A stretch of 64,000 bases of DNA, taken from positions 372,001-436,000 of the forward strand of contig NIVC01000384.1 of the NCBI GenBank assembly GCA_002269645.1. The letters run 5' to 3'. This document shows, in pieces, positions 52,814 through 63,985 of the stretch (position 1 is its first letter; every line of letters starts with the position of its first letter). The DNA comes from Macrostomum lignano (lineage: Eukaryota). The notes under the pieces were generated by a model. That model was not told where the DNA came from. It worked only from the letters and a program-made list of their open reading frames with translations, and did not search any database. The translations under genes and the position numbers were made by a program.

Positions 52814-54560
52814 ATGTCTGCAACTATAAATCCCGAGCATGACAACTGCACAGTGCTAATCTCATTGATGTACTATGCTGGCACAATGCTACTTGGCCGC
52901 TGCCTTCGTTCCCTTGTGCCATCTGATAATTGGGCCTCACCCTACCTGCTAAATCTAATAACAGCATTTCAAACCTGCGCATGCAGTCTGGAGAATGGCA
53001 CATCTCGCAAGCGGTATGGCATGCCAGCCTACCTAGTGGTGCTATTCACAGCTGGCTACTGGCAGTCCCTCAGCCTGCCGCAGGGCTGCAGCGGCAATCC
53101 TTGCAAGCACTGGCGCAGGTTTGCAAGAGGAGATATTGGACTGGCACAGGCGGTTGGGCTGATGGCCTTTCAGCTGGTTGGAGGGCAGGTAGGTTTTTCT
53201 TTTTGGGTTAAATTAATTAGTTATGAACTGCAGAGCTGCTCTGCACCTCTCGCTTTAATGCTGACGTTTTGATGATGCTGCTTTGATGATGCCGCTTTGA
53301 TGATGCCGCTTTGATGATGCTGCTTTGATGATGCCGCTTTGATGCTGCTGCTTTGATGATGCCGCTTTGATGATGCTGCTCTGCCGCTTTTGATGATGCC
53401 GCAGACACTGAGCTTCAACCCCTTCGTCCCCGCCGCGCCGCAGGCGGCCTTCTGGTTCGCCCGCTCGTTCTGGTCTGTCGGCCTGACCGCCACGCATGGC
53501 CAGCGACTCGCCGCCTCCGCCAGCTGCGTCAGCGACCTGACGGTGCCGGGCGCTGCCGGCTTCGGGCTGGAGTTTCTCGGCGTCTTCGCCGACTCGATGC
53601 TGGTGGGCGGCCTGGCAGCCTTTAGCTCTGGCGACAGCTGGCTGCGGAATGAAGAGGTGCAACGGCCGCTGCTGTACGTGCTGAGTACCTGGCTGACCTA
53701 TCACGGTAAGGCAAAGAGTGCTTCGGATTCCTAAGCTTCTTAGTCTTTATTGCTTTTTTATTCATAACTAGCTTCCTCATTCTCTTCCCCTCCTTTCCTT
53801 CTTTTCGCCTCTTCCCCCTCTTCCCCCTCTTTCCCTCTTTCTCCTTCTTTCCCCCTCCTTCCCCTTCTTTTCCCCTCTCTCCCTCTCTTTCCCCCTCTTT
53901 CCCCTCTTTCCCCCTCTTTCCCCCTCTTTCCCCCTCTTTCCCCCTCTTTCCCCTTCTTTCCCCCTCTTTTCCCTTCTTACCCCCTCTTTCCCTCTCTCTC
54001 CCCCTCTTTCCCCTTCTTTCCCCCTCTTTTCCCTTCTTACCCCCTCTTTCCCTTTCTCTCCCCCTCTTTCCCCTTCTTTCCCCCTCTTTTCCCTTCTTAC
54101 TCCCTCTTTCCCCCTCTTTCCCCTCTTTCCCCTTTTTACCCCCTCTTTCCCTCTCTCTCCCCCTCTTTCCCCTCTTTCCCCTTTTTACCCCCTCTTTCCC
54201 TCTCTCTCCCCCTCTTTCCCCTCTTTCCCCTTTTTACCCCCTCCTTCCCTCTCTTTCCCCCTCATCACCGCTTCTCCCCCATTTTTCCTTTCCTTTCTCT
54301 ATACTTTTTATTCGCATTCAAACGGATCCGCCATTCGCACTTCTGGGTCCCGAACCCGCGCAGGCCTGTACCTCACCGGCATGTTCTCCAACCCGGCCAA
54401 TGCCAGCGCGCAGACCCTCGGCTGCCGAGGCACGCCGCTGTGGCTGCACTTCGCTGTCTACTGGGCCGCCCCCCTGCTGGCCGTGAGTCTCGGCCATAGA
54501 CTAGAGGCTGTGGCCGCAGCCACGCAGACACCAGCTGAGCGGCACGAGAAGCAACAGTAA
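52814..54560 (+). CDS. Unorthodox (super)aquaporin, AQP11/12-like, copy 2, about 277 aa
   Basis: Exons 52814-53188, 53444-53705 and 54364-54560 (phases 0,1; an alternative in-frame acceptor lies at 53404). Motifs SGNPC, FSNPANA and LHFAVYWAAPL. Confidence 0.88.
53265..53400. repeat. About 14-bp minisatellite (CTTTGATGATGCCG)n in aquaporin copy 2 intron 1
   Basis: Tandem array. Confidence 0.9.
53775..54300. repeat. Polypyrimidine (TTTCCCCCTC)n tract in aquaporin copy 2 intron 2
   Basis: Seen directly. Confidence 0.92.
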
Positions 54561-54979
54561 AAATAGCACTGATTTAGGAATGGCTACTACTTGTAGTAGC
54601 AAGTCTAGCGATTTCGAAATTTAGCAACAACGAAATTTCAATATTTTTTATCTAGTGCAGTGAATAGCTGTTATTCTGGTGCCTTTCTACAAATAAAGAT
54701 TTTTTTCTGTTGTTTTCTGTCGTATTGTTATCAGTTGTTTATTCATTTTTTGTTTTGAACATTTACTTAAATCCCGTTGAAAACGTTACCGTGACAAAGA
54801 ATCGCTAGAGAGTCATTGCAAACAACTCGCTATGATGACTCCTGTGACTTTTTAACGACTCCAACGAGTGCAATGCGATGGAGAGGCGACTGTTGAGTCA
54901 CGAATGCGTCACGTGAGTTTTAGAACCGTAAGAGTTGCGGAAAAAGTCGTCCAAGAATTGTTTTGTTATCGCTTACCTT

Positions 54980-57056
54980 TCTACTAAATCAAGTAGACTA
55001 AATAGAGTTGTTATAAATGCGGAATCAATTCTACTAATCAAGTAGACTAAATAGAGTTGTTATAAATGCGGAATCAATTCTACTAATCAAGTAGACTAAA
55101 TAGAGTTGTTATAAATGCGGAATCAATTCTACTAATCAAGTAGACTAAATAGAGTTGTTATAAATGCGGAATCAATTCTACTAATCAAGTAGACTAAACA
55201 GAGTTGTTATAAATGCGGAATCAATTCTACTAAATCAAGTAGACTAAATAGAGTTGTTATAAATGCGGAATCAATTCTACTAAATCAAGTAGACTAAATA
55301 GAGTTGTTATAAATGCGGAATCAATTCTATTAATCAAGTAGACTAAATAGAGTTGTTATAAATGCGGAATCAATTCTACTAAATCAAGTAGACTAAATAG
55401 AGTTGTTATAAATGCGGAATCAATTCTACTAATCAAGTAGACTAAATAGAGTTGTTATAAATGCGGAATCAATTCTACTAATCAAGTAGACTAAATAGAG
55501 TTGTTATAAATGCGGAATCAATTCTACTAATCAAGTAGACTAAATAGAGTTGTTATAAATGCGGAATCAATTCTATTAAATCAAGTAGACTAAATAGAGT
55601 TTTTATAAATGCGGAATCAATTCTACTAATCAAGTAGACTAAATAGAGTTTTTATAAATGCGGAATCAATTCTACTAAATCAAGTAGACTAAATAGAGTT
55701 GTTATAAATGCGGAATCAATTCTATTAAATCAAGTAGACTAAACAGAGTTGTTATAAATGCGGAATCAATTCTATTAAATCAAGTAGACTAAATAGAGTT
55801 GTTATATATGCGGAATCAATTCTACTAATCAAGTAGACTAAATAGAGTTGTTATAAATGCGGAATCAATTCTACTAATCAAGTAGACTAAATAGAGTTGT
55901 TATAAATTCGGAATCAATTCTACTAATCAAGTAGACTAAATAGAGTTGTTATAAATGCGGAATCAATTCTACTAATCAAGTAGACTAAACAGAGTTGTTA
56001 TAAATGCGGAATCAATTCTACTAATCAAGTAGACTAAATAGAGTTGTTATAAATGCGGAATCAATTCTACTAAATCAAGTAGACTAAATAGAGTTGTTAT
56101 AAATGCGGAATCAATTCTACTAATCAAGTAGACTAAATAGAGTTGTTATAAATGCGGAATCAATTCTACTAAATCAAGTAGACTAAATAGAGTTGTTATA
56201 AATGCGGAATCAATTCTACTAATCAAGTAGACTAAATAGAGTTGTTATAAATGCGGAATCAATTCTACTAATCAAGTAGACTAAATAGAGTTGTTATAAA
56301 TGCGGAATCAATTCTACTAATCAAGTAGACTAAATAGAGTTGTTATAAATGCGGAATCAATTCTATTAAATCAAGTAGACTAAATAGAGTTTTTATAAAT
56401 GCGGAATCAATTCTACTAATCAAGTAGACTAAATAGAGTTGTTATAAATGCGGAATCAATTCTACTAAATCAAGTAGACTAAATAGAGTTGTTATAAATG
56501 CGGAATCAATTCTATTAAATCAAGTAGACTAAACAGAGTTGTTATAAATGCGGAATCAATTCTATTAAATCAAGTAGACTAAATAGAGTTGTTATAAATG
56601 CGGAATCAATTCTACTAATCAAGTAGACTAAATAGAGTTGTTATAAATGCGGAATCAATTCTACTAATCAAGTAGACTAAATAGAGTTGTTATAAATGCG
56701 GAATCAATTCTACTAAATCAAGTAGACTAAATAGAGTTGTTATAAATGCGGAATCAATTCTACTAAATCAAGTAGACTAAATAGAGTTGTTATAAATGCG
56801 GAATCAATTCTATTAAATCAAGTAGACTAAATAGAGTTGTTATAAATGCGGAATCAATTCTACTAATCAAGTAGACTAAACAGAGTTGTTATAAATGCGG
56901 AATCAATTCTATTAAATCAAGTAGACTAAATAGAGTTGTTATAAATGCGGAATCAATTCTACTAAATCAAGTAGACTAAATAGAGTTGTTATAAATGCGG
57001 AATCAATTCTATTAAATCAAGTAGACTAAATAGAGTTGTTATAAATGCGGAATCAA
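54980..57056. repeat. 49-50-bp satellite (CTACTAAATCAAGTAGACTAAATAGAGTTGTTATAAATGCGGAATCAATT)n, about 40 copies
   Basis: Highly homogeneous head-to-tail array with no spacers. Confidence 0.97.
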
Positions 57057-57805
57057 TGCGGAAGCAACGATTCTGAGACGACGCAAGCTTCTTGGCGTAG
57101 TTACCGTCTTCATCGGGTATTAGTAGAGTAACCAGCTTTTTAAATGATCATTTTGTGCAATGATTACTGGTCACTTTGGTTTTGTGTTAGAAATATTTAT
57201 AAGGCTGTTCTGTTGGTTATGGCTGGTTATTTATTTATACAAGTTCACACAAATGTCACAGATTTATTGACTTACGCTCTAAGGCAGTCATTCGATGTCT
57301 ATATAGTTTAGACTTGAACCTGTTTTTAGCAGTTTTTTTCCCCATTTTCGCCTCTATCAAAGAGCCGTTTTAGATTATTTATTTATTGTTTATTGATTGA
57401 ATCTGCTGATTTTAGCAAAACTGCTTCGATTTCATTTAACAACGATTGGAAATATACGTGGATTTTTTGTCTTCCCTTTAGAATTGACTGTTTTTTTTAA
57501 TGTTTAGCATATGGCTGCTGTACCTGATATGTATTGGCAATTAAAATGTCAAGCTTGTGTTTATTCATTTTTTAAATGAAGGGTCCGGTTAGTGTAAGCT
57601 GGCTCCAGTTGGGGTCTGTCTAATTTTTCGACACAATATTAACATTCAGTATATGTAGATAATATTAATTTATTGTTGCACATGTAGTTGAATGTGAAAA
57701 ATTATGCTTCTACTCATCTTGACCAATCCCTCCACAATGCCCAGCACTCACCACGCCACAGCACCCGTCACCTCACAGCACCCACAACCTTGCAGCACCC
57801 ACCAC

Positions 57806-58625
57806 TAAGAGTGTTCGGGTTTCCATTTTTTCGTGGTAAAACCCGAACCCGAACCCGACCCCGACCCAAAACCCGACCCGACCCGACCCCGAAATTCTAC
57901 CCGAAAAAAAATCAATACTCAATCAGAATCAAAATGGTTGCATTATTTTTCGTATTTTTAAGCGCGCTTGTGGAAAGTAACACTGTAGTATCATGTCGAG
58001 ACACTGCAAAAGGGTTATACTCGATTATCTGCTTTTCTTCAAGGGCTCTAAGTTCTCGAACGTTCAAGGCTTCATCTCACCATAAGTCATAACCTGAATC
58101 ACTAACTGTTTCAGAGGAATAAAGGTGAGAAAAAACAAGTTTTTTCTTCTTTTCGACTCTATTCTATATTAGTAATATTAATATTAGTCAAGACATTGGA
58201 CCTCAGCTCAGTATAATGCAAGCGATGCAAATGCGCCAATATGGTCTTCATTTGCTTGGAGAAGGCCATAATATTATAAGTTCAATTTTTTCGAAACGGA
58301 TTCTTGACGAAGCCTTAATTTATAATTTGTGTAAATTGTTGCGGGTAAATTGTAAGATAAAGTAGCATACTAGAACGATTTTTATAACGATTTAAAAAAT
58401 TAAATATACGCGAAAAAAGCTGAAAATACTCAGTTTACGCTTAATTTCGTTTCAACTCGTAAAAATATAAACTCGAAAACCCCGAACCCAGTACCAAAAC
58501 CCGACCCGAAAACTGAACCCGAACACACTACCCCGAACCCCGAACCCGACCCGAACGCCTACCCCGAACCGGGTGCCAAAACCCGACCCGAAACCCGACC
58601 CGACCCCGAACCCCGAACACCCCTA
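57806..58625. mobile_element. hAT-type MITE (820 bp)
   Basis: TIRs TAAGAGTGTTCGGG / TAGGGGTGTTCGGG (reverse complement). 8-bp TSD CCCACCAC at 57798-57805 and 58626-58633. Clustered subterminal ACCCGA repeats at both ends. Confidence 0.82.
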
Positions 58626-58920
58626 CCCACCACCCCACAGCACCCGCAACCATACAGCACCCACAACCCCACAGCACTCACCACCCCACAGCACCCGCCA
58701 CCTCACAGCACCCACAACCCCACAGCACTCACAACCCCACAGCACCCACCACCCCACAGCACCCGCCACCTCACAGCACCCACAACCCCACAGCACTCAC
58801 AACCCCACAGCACCCACCACCCCACAGCACCCGCCACCTCACAGCACCCACAACCCCACAGCACTCACAACCCCACAGCACCCACCACCCCACAGCACCC
58901 ACCACCTCGCAGCACCCAAC
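58626..58920. repeat. (CACAGCACCCACAACCC)-like minisatellite, interrupted by the hAT MITE (left part about 57735-57805)
   Basis: The same units are present on both sides of the MITE. Confidence 0.85.
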
Positions 58921-59844
58921 CAGTAGTGACCAATCGTAAGGTACGGATCTGCTTGAAGTCAATACGAAAAAGCCATAAAGTCCACAAATAAACCGTAGAA
59001 GTCAAATTATACGTGTAGGTATGTTAATATAAAAAAGCAAAGGAAAATATACCCACAGGAGACAATTATCTGTCTTGATTCCGGTTTAAGGAAGTACAGC
59101 TTAGAATAAATATCTTGGGTTTTATTTAAAGGCGGACACACGCGTGTACGTGTGCGTGTGCGAGCGAGCGAAATCGATTTTATCCAACAAAATAATCCAG
59201 ATCGGTGATCAAAGAAAAAGGAGTTGCGGTGTACGACGATAAGGCAAGCGGAAGAGATCAAGACGGCCAGATGACGGTATGCGATTGTTGCAGCGATAGA
59301 GTGGCTTAAAGTGCAGAACGACGAGTGGGAGGAAGCAATGTTGGCGACGAATGACAGTAAGAACGAGCTCCAGGAAGAAGGTGTTCATGATGGTCTTGGT
59401 GCCCTGCCATATATTGTGACATCGAGGGAAATGAGACAGGTTGGCGGGAGATGCGATGGCGGAGAAACAGGAGAAAATGGGTGTGTTTGCCAGTTTGGTT
59501 GTCTGGAAGGCGTGAGCAAGGAAGTGAAGCAGTGGGAGCACGGCCGAATGGAAGAGACGTATGGGCAGTCCAGAGGAAGGTGGTTAGACCCGCAGTTCAG
59601 GCAGGAATAGACAGCGAGAGGTCAGCCTCAGAGGATGAGAACGGGACACTCGCTGGAGCTGGCAGGGAGAAGGAATTGGTTGAGGCTGAAAGAGGACGAA
59701 AGTTGCAGGCTGCACGTGTGGCATGGAGGATGAAACGGTTGTACAACCTGCTTGAATGTCCAGTGACGGAAAGCGAGCGCAGATGTATCCCATTGATGGA
59801 GCGGGAAGATGAGATGGAAGCAGAAGGATTGAGGCAGGGTGTCT

Positions 59845-60300
59845 AATAACAACAAAAACAACAACAACAAAGTACGCAGCCCCGCATGCAAGGTCACAGT
59901 TATAGCAGGGCGCGTCAGATGGCGCGCCGCAAAGCCTGAGAGCGGACAAAGTCCGCTCCGTTGGCAGTGTCGGGCGCCCCAGCGTCGCACAGCAGCAGTC
60001 CACGTATTGGCGGGTTTGGGCCTGACCCCGCCTGAACGGGCCCTGCAAGGTGAGCAGCAGGACGTCCTGAACAGGTTGGGGGCAGTAGCCCTTGGATCGG
60101 ATCACGTGGCCCGCCAGTTGAAGTCGCCGCCAGCGCAGGATGGTGAACGGGCGCTGCAGCTTGGCCCGATCGTACAGGGCCTCGGTAACGGCGTCAGCCT
60201 TGAGTGCGCCGAGTCCAGCTGCCGCTCTAGCGTAGCCGTCAGCGTCTACGTCTCGGCATTGTGGAGCAGGACGGTGTCGACCACCGCCTGCCACAGCCGT
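59845..60300 (-). mobile_element. 5'-truncated, decayed LINE (RTE-like) 3' end with a (GTT)n-like tail
   Basis: Minus-strand translation WQAVVDTVLLHNAET*TLT...QLDSAHSRL / TEALYDRAKL..ILRWRRLQLAGHVIR..CPQPVQDVLLLTLQ matches the post-RT C-terminal region of RTE-type LINEs. It has a premature stop and a deletion. Confidence 0.8.
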
Positions 60301-60534
60301 CCGAGGGTGTTAATTGCAACCTCGGGCAAACAGGAAAACGGGCAAACACTTGAGGCAGTTTAAGAATCAACAATTTTACAACAACAGCAGCAGCACAGCA
60401 CTGTTAATGATCGATGTTTCAATGAAATTCATGCAAACTCGTAATCCGCTGGCTGCCGAAGAGGCGGGAGGCAAGCTAACGAATGAGTTTATTTATCCTT
60501 TCGTCTGTAGAAGTGCGAGCAATTAAATAAGGTT

Positions 60535-60625
60535 ATGTAATGTAATGTAATGTAATGTAATGTAATGTAATGTAATGTAATGTAATGTAATGTAATGTAA
60601 TGTAGTGTAATGTAATGTAATAATG
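60535..60625. repeat. (TAATG)n microsatellite
   Basis: Seen directly. Confidence 0.95.
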
Positions 60626-60998
60626 TATTTTGAATCTGGCAGAGTTACAACTTTCACCAAAAACATCGCGCTTCTACAAGCTCGTACGAAAGTGCAGGCG
60701 TATGAAACTGGATTACGTTTTTAATTAATATTAGAGTTGAGCTGAAGTAAACTAATCAGTACCGGGTTTCAACCTCCTCTAAAAACCAAAAATTAGCGCA
60801 AAAATATGAAACAAAAAAGTACCAAAAGAACCGTGCATGGACTATGCTACAAAAAATCTACGGGCGTACATCGCCATCAATTGCCATCACCATAATAAAT
60901 AATTGGTATTGCAGTTCTAATTTCAAAAATTAGGTGAAAATTAATTACGCCAGTGCAATCGCTCAATTACGAGTATAGGTTCGCCCGTCCTGACTCGC

Positions 60999-62982
60999 TC
61001 AGGTAAAATCGGACGGACCAACCTCGACTCTTCGAAGTTCCCAATGCCACGGCTCCGATTTCACGGTGCGCACGAACCCAAACATGTGTGCATTGCCCTT
61101 CAGCCACACGTAGACGGCGCTGTCGGCACATTCAGGTGGAGGCCGGTCCCCTGTCTGCTTGCCACAGTTCGTGTTCAGATCGAGAGCCACTCCAGTTCCG
61201 TGCGGAGAGGTGCCTGGCCTCGCGGCTAGGTTGCCCCCGTTGCAGTTCCGATTCACGTAGCACTCGTACAAATACACTTGGCGTTCGTAGGAGCGGAAGC
61301 CGGAGTTGATGAGAATGGTTACACCGTCGGACTTGGCGGAGCGGGCCATTTGGTCGAAAACAAAAGCTGTGTTCCACTCCATGCGATTGTCAATCACTGT
61401 TTCTGCAGCCAAGTGTTCCGGCAGAATGTACACCAAATTATACTTGATGCCATTGTTGCCTTCCATTTCTTCGACTACAGAGCTCGAATATGACCAGCTG
61501 GAGACACGGCACTCTCCTTCACTATCAGGCACTATTATAGACGTGTTAAAACTTCTGCATGTTGACTCGGGTTGCGCAGGTGGACAAGTGCCGTCTTGAA
61601 AGATACCTTTGCAACTCCCTTGACCACACTGGTCCTGGTACTGGCCTCTCGGACAGGCCAAGCACTTGCTTCGATCCGTGAGGCCTTGGTTGCTGTACGT
61701 GTTGGGCGGACACTCCTGAGGGCTGAGACCCGGGCTTGGGCAGAAATGCCCAGCTGGACACGGCTTGCAGCGGTCCTGTCCGGTTTGGTCCTGATATTCC
61801 CGGCTGGAGCAGGGCAGGCACTTGGTTCTGTCAGTGGTTTCACTCGTTGAGTAGGTGCCAGTCGGGCACGGTACCGGATCCAGGCTGGGCTGTGGGCAGT
61901 AATGTCCCACTGGACACACCAGACAGTGATTTTGGCCTTGCTGCACTTGATGCGTACCGATGGAGCAGGCAAGACACTCCGTCCTCAGCCCCATCTCCTT
62001 TGTACTGAACATACCTGCCGGGCATGGAATCGGCTTCTCCGTCGTGGTGGGACAGTAATAGCCCTCCCGGACAGATCTGACAGCTGCTTTGTCCAGGGTC
62101 GGGTTGGTATTTACCTGTTTCGCATGGCTTGCAGGTTCCAGCGGCAGTATCCAGATAAGTTCCTGGAGAACAGACCACAGGAGGTGGCACAGGAGTGAGG
62201 CATTGTCCCTCGGAGCATCTGACACAGCTGATCCTCTCGCTCGGTGAAGAAGAGCTGGTGAATCCCGGTGGACAGGGCACGGGCAAGTTCTCCTTTTGAG
62301 GGCAATAGTGACGGCTCGGGCACAGCACACAGCGGGTTTGTTCCGCTCTACTTTGGTAGTAGCCAGCTTCACAGCTTCTGCAGTTCACAAGATATTGTGT
62401 GTACCTGTAGTAACCATTTTGGTAGCCTGGAGGGCAGGAAATCGAAACATTTTTTGGAGCAGGACATTCGCGACCTTCCGGACAAAGAAGACACTTGCTC
62501 TGACCGATCTTGTCTTGGTAATAGCCATCAGAACACGTTGCACAGTTCACTCTGTCGTTCGTATGATATCTGCTGACAGTTCCCGCAGGACAGGGTATGG
62601 CTCTATTCTTCGGAGCCGGGCAGTGTCTTCCCAGAGGACAAGGAAGACACTGTCTCTGGCCAGGCTTGTCTTGGTAGTAGCCATTGGAGCAACTAGCACA
62701 GTTGATTCGATATTCAATGAATCCGTTGTAGCTCTGCATACCTGGCGGACACGGAATCGCTCTAGTTTTTGGAGCTGGACACTTGTGTCCATCAGGACAC
62801 TTGTGGCAGTATTTCTGACCAGGCTTATCTTGGTAGTAGCCATCGGAGCAAGTCCGACAAGCCTGGAATTGTTTACTCCAATATTGGCCCGGTTTGCATG
62901 GCGTCACCTCAGCGGCTTCACCTAAGAATGCTTCTAGGAGTAACAAGGCACCAAATATTTCTATTAGATTGGACACAGCCAT
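60999..62982 (-). CDS. Secreted Cys-rich repeat (GCC2/GCC3, ephrin-receptor-like) protein with a C-terminal M15 VanY/LdcB-like Zn peptidase, about 660 aa after correcting a 1-nt frameshift at 62066-62068
   Basis: N-terminal hydrophobic signal (MAVSNLIEIFGALLLLEAFLGEA). About 7-8 repeats of about 52 aa (C..C..G.YQ...GQ..C..CP.G..CP......PCP.G). C-terminal INSGFRSYERQ, AARPGTSPHGTGVALD, WLKGNAHMFGF and EPWHW. No introns needed. Confidence 0.85.
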
Positions 62983-63679
62983 TGTCTCTTACTCTGTCAG
63001 AAATGCTTGACTCCATGCAAAAAGACCTTATCTATATATACGCATATATATACTTGTTGCAGACAAGAAAACAGGTCTAGTGGAAAGACAGCCGGATGCA
63101 ATTGCGCAGAAGATAAGCACTTCAATCAAGCTAGTCATGTAGCGAAACAAACGTGGAAACTCAGCATCTGGTGGTTAAAACGAGCAGGATATAGAACGAA
63201 TCAAAAAAGCACGTTCGAGATCGTGATGTCCACTAGTGCAGAGCAGCTGTTCTAAGAAAACAAAAGAGGAGATAACGCAATAAAAAAAACTGGCTTTACA
63301 CTTCCCTCAGCATTTTATGACTCATAAAAAACAAATGGGCAAAAGAAGAGCAACAGCAAATAGTAGTATATTCTGAGTCTGCTTCTCATCTGCTTTAAAA
63401 TTCGTAAGCTGATCACCTCATCATCATTGGAATCATCATTTCGGTGTCTATTTCGCTCTTAAATAGGATTCATTTGAATAAAAGCTTTAGTACCTCATTG
63501 GTTTAAATATTCTGTATATCCTAAATGCAGGTAGTACCATCTCAATTGTGAGCAGACACAGAAGGACGCAGAACAATGGAGAGCAATGAAGTTGATCAGT
63601 AGCTCGATTGGCAGTTCATTACAGTTGGTGTGATGGGTGCCCAGTCAAACCCATCTGCCGAAATTTTCTCATTGTGGGC

Positions 63680-63985
63680 TTGCTCAACTTTTTGAAGGTG
63701 ACCGCAGGCGCTTTTCTCCATGAACGGCAAAGTCAACTCCAAATAAGACTTCGTCCATCACTGCTCCACCAGCGACGCCTCCAGCAACGGCCCCCACTGG
63801 CCCACCAACAATAAAACTACCAACGCCGCCGTTCACAACACCGACAGTTTGCGATGACGACTTCATTGCGTTGGGCACCGCCGTCTTTGTCGCCACACAT
63901 ATAATGGATGCCTGCCGCCTTTCACATGACCGACAACTGGAATGGTGTCGACGGCATTGGATACGACTTTCACAGCTGAGATTCT
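63680..63985 (-). pseudogene. Frameshifted glycine-zipper membrane-protein-like coding relic
   Basis: Three successive frames read DTIPVVGHVKG / GIHYMCGDKDGG / NAMKSSSQTVGVVNGGVGSFIVGGPVGAVAGGVAGGAVMDEV. The blocks join plausibly into one protein if two +1 shifts are removed. Confidence 0.45.

Noticed and set aside
54980-57056. CRISPR array (Cas12a-like repeat hairpin)
   Set aside because: Units are head-to-tail with no unique spacers, there are no cas genes, and the context is eukaryotic.
61020-61400. Hedgehog N-terminal domain (shares SxHxxGxAxD)
   Set aside because: SGFRSY..Q, A.PG.S, WL..NA..FGF and EPWH match VanY/LdcB-type M15. The Hedgehog-specific context (CGPG N-terminus, Hint domain) is absent.
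60999-62982. Bacterial contaminant sequence
   Set aside because: The peptidase is contiguous with eukaryote-type Cys-rich repeats and a signal peptide, and is flanked by a LINE relic and microsatellite. Read-level confirmation is still needed.
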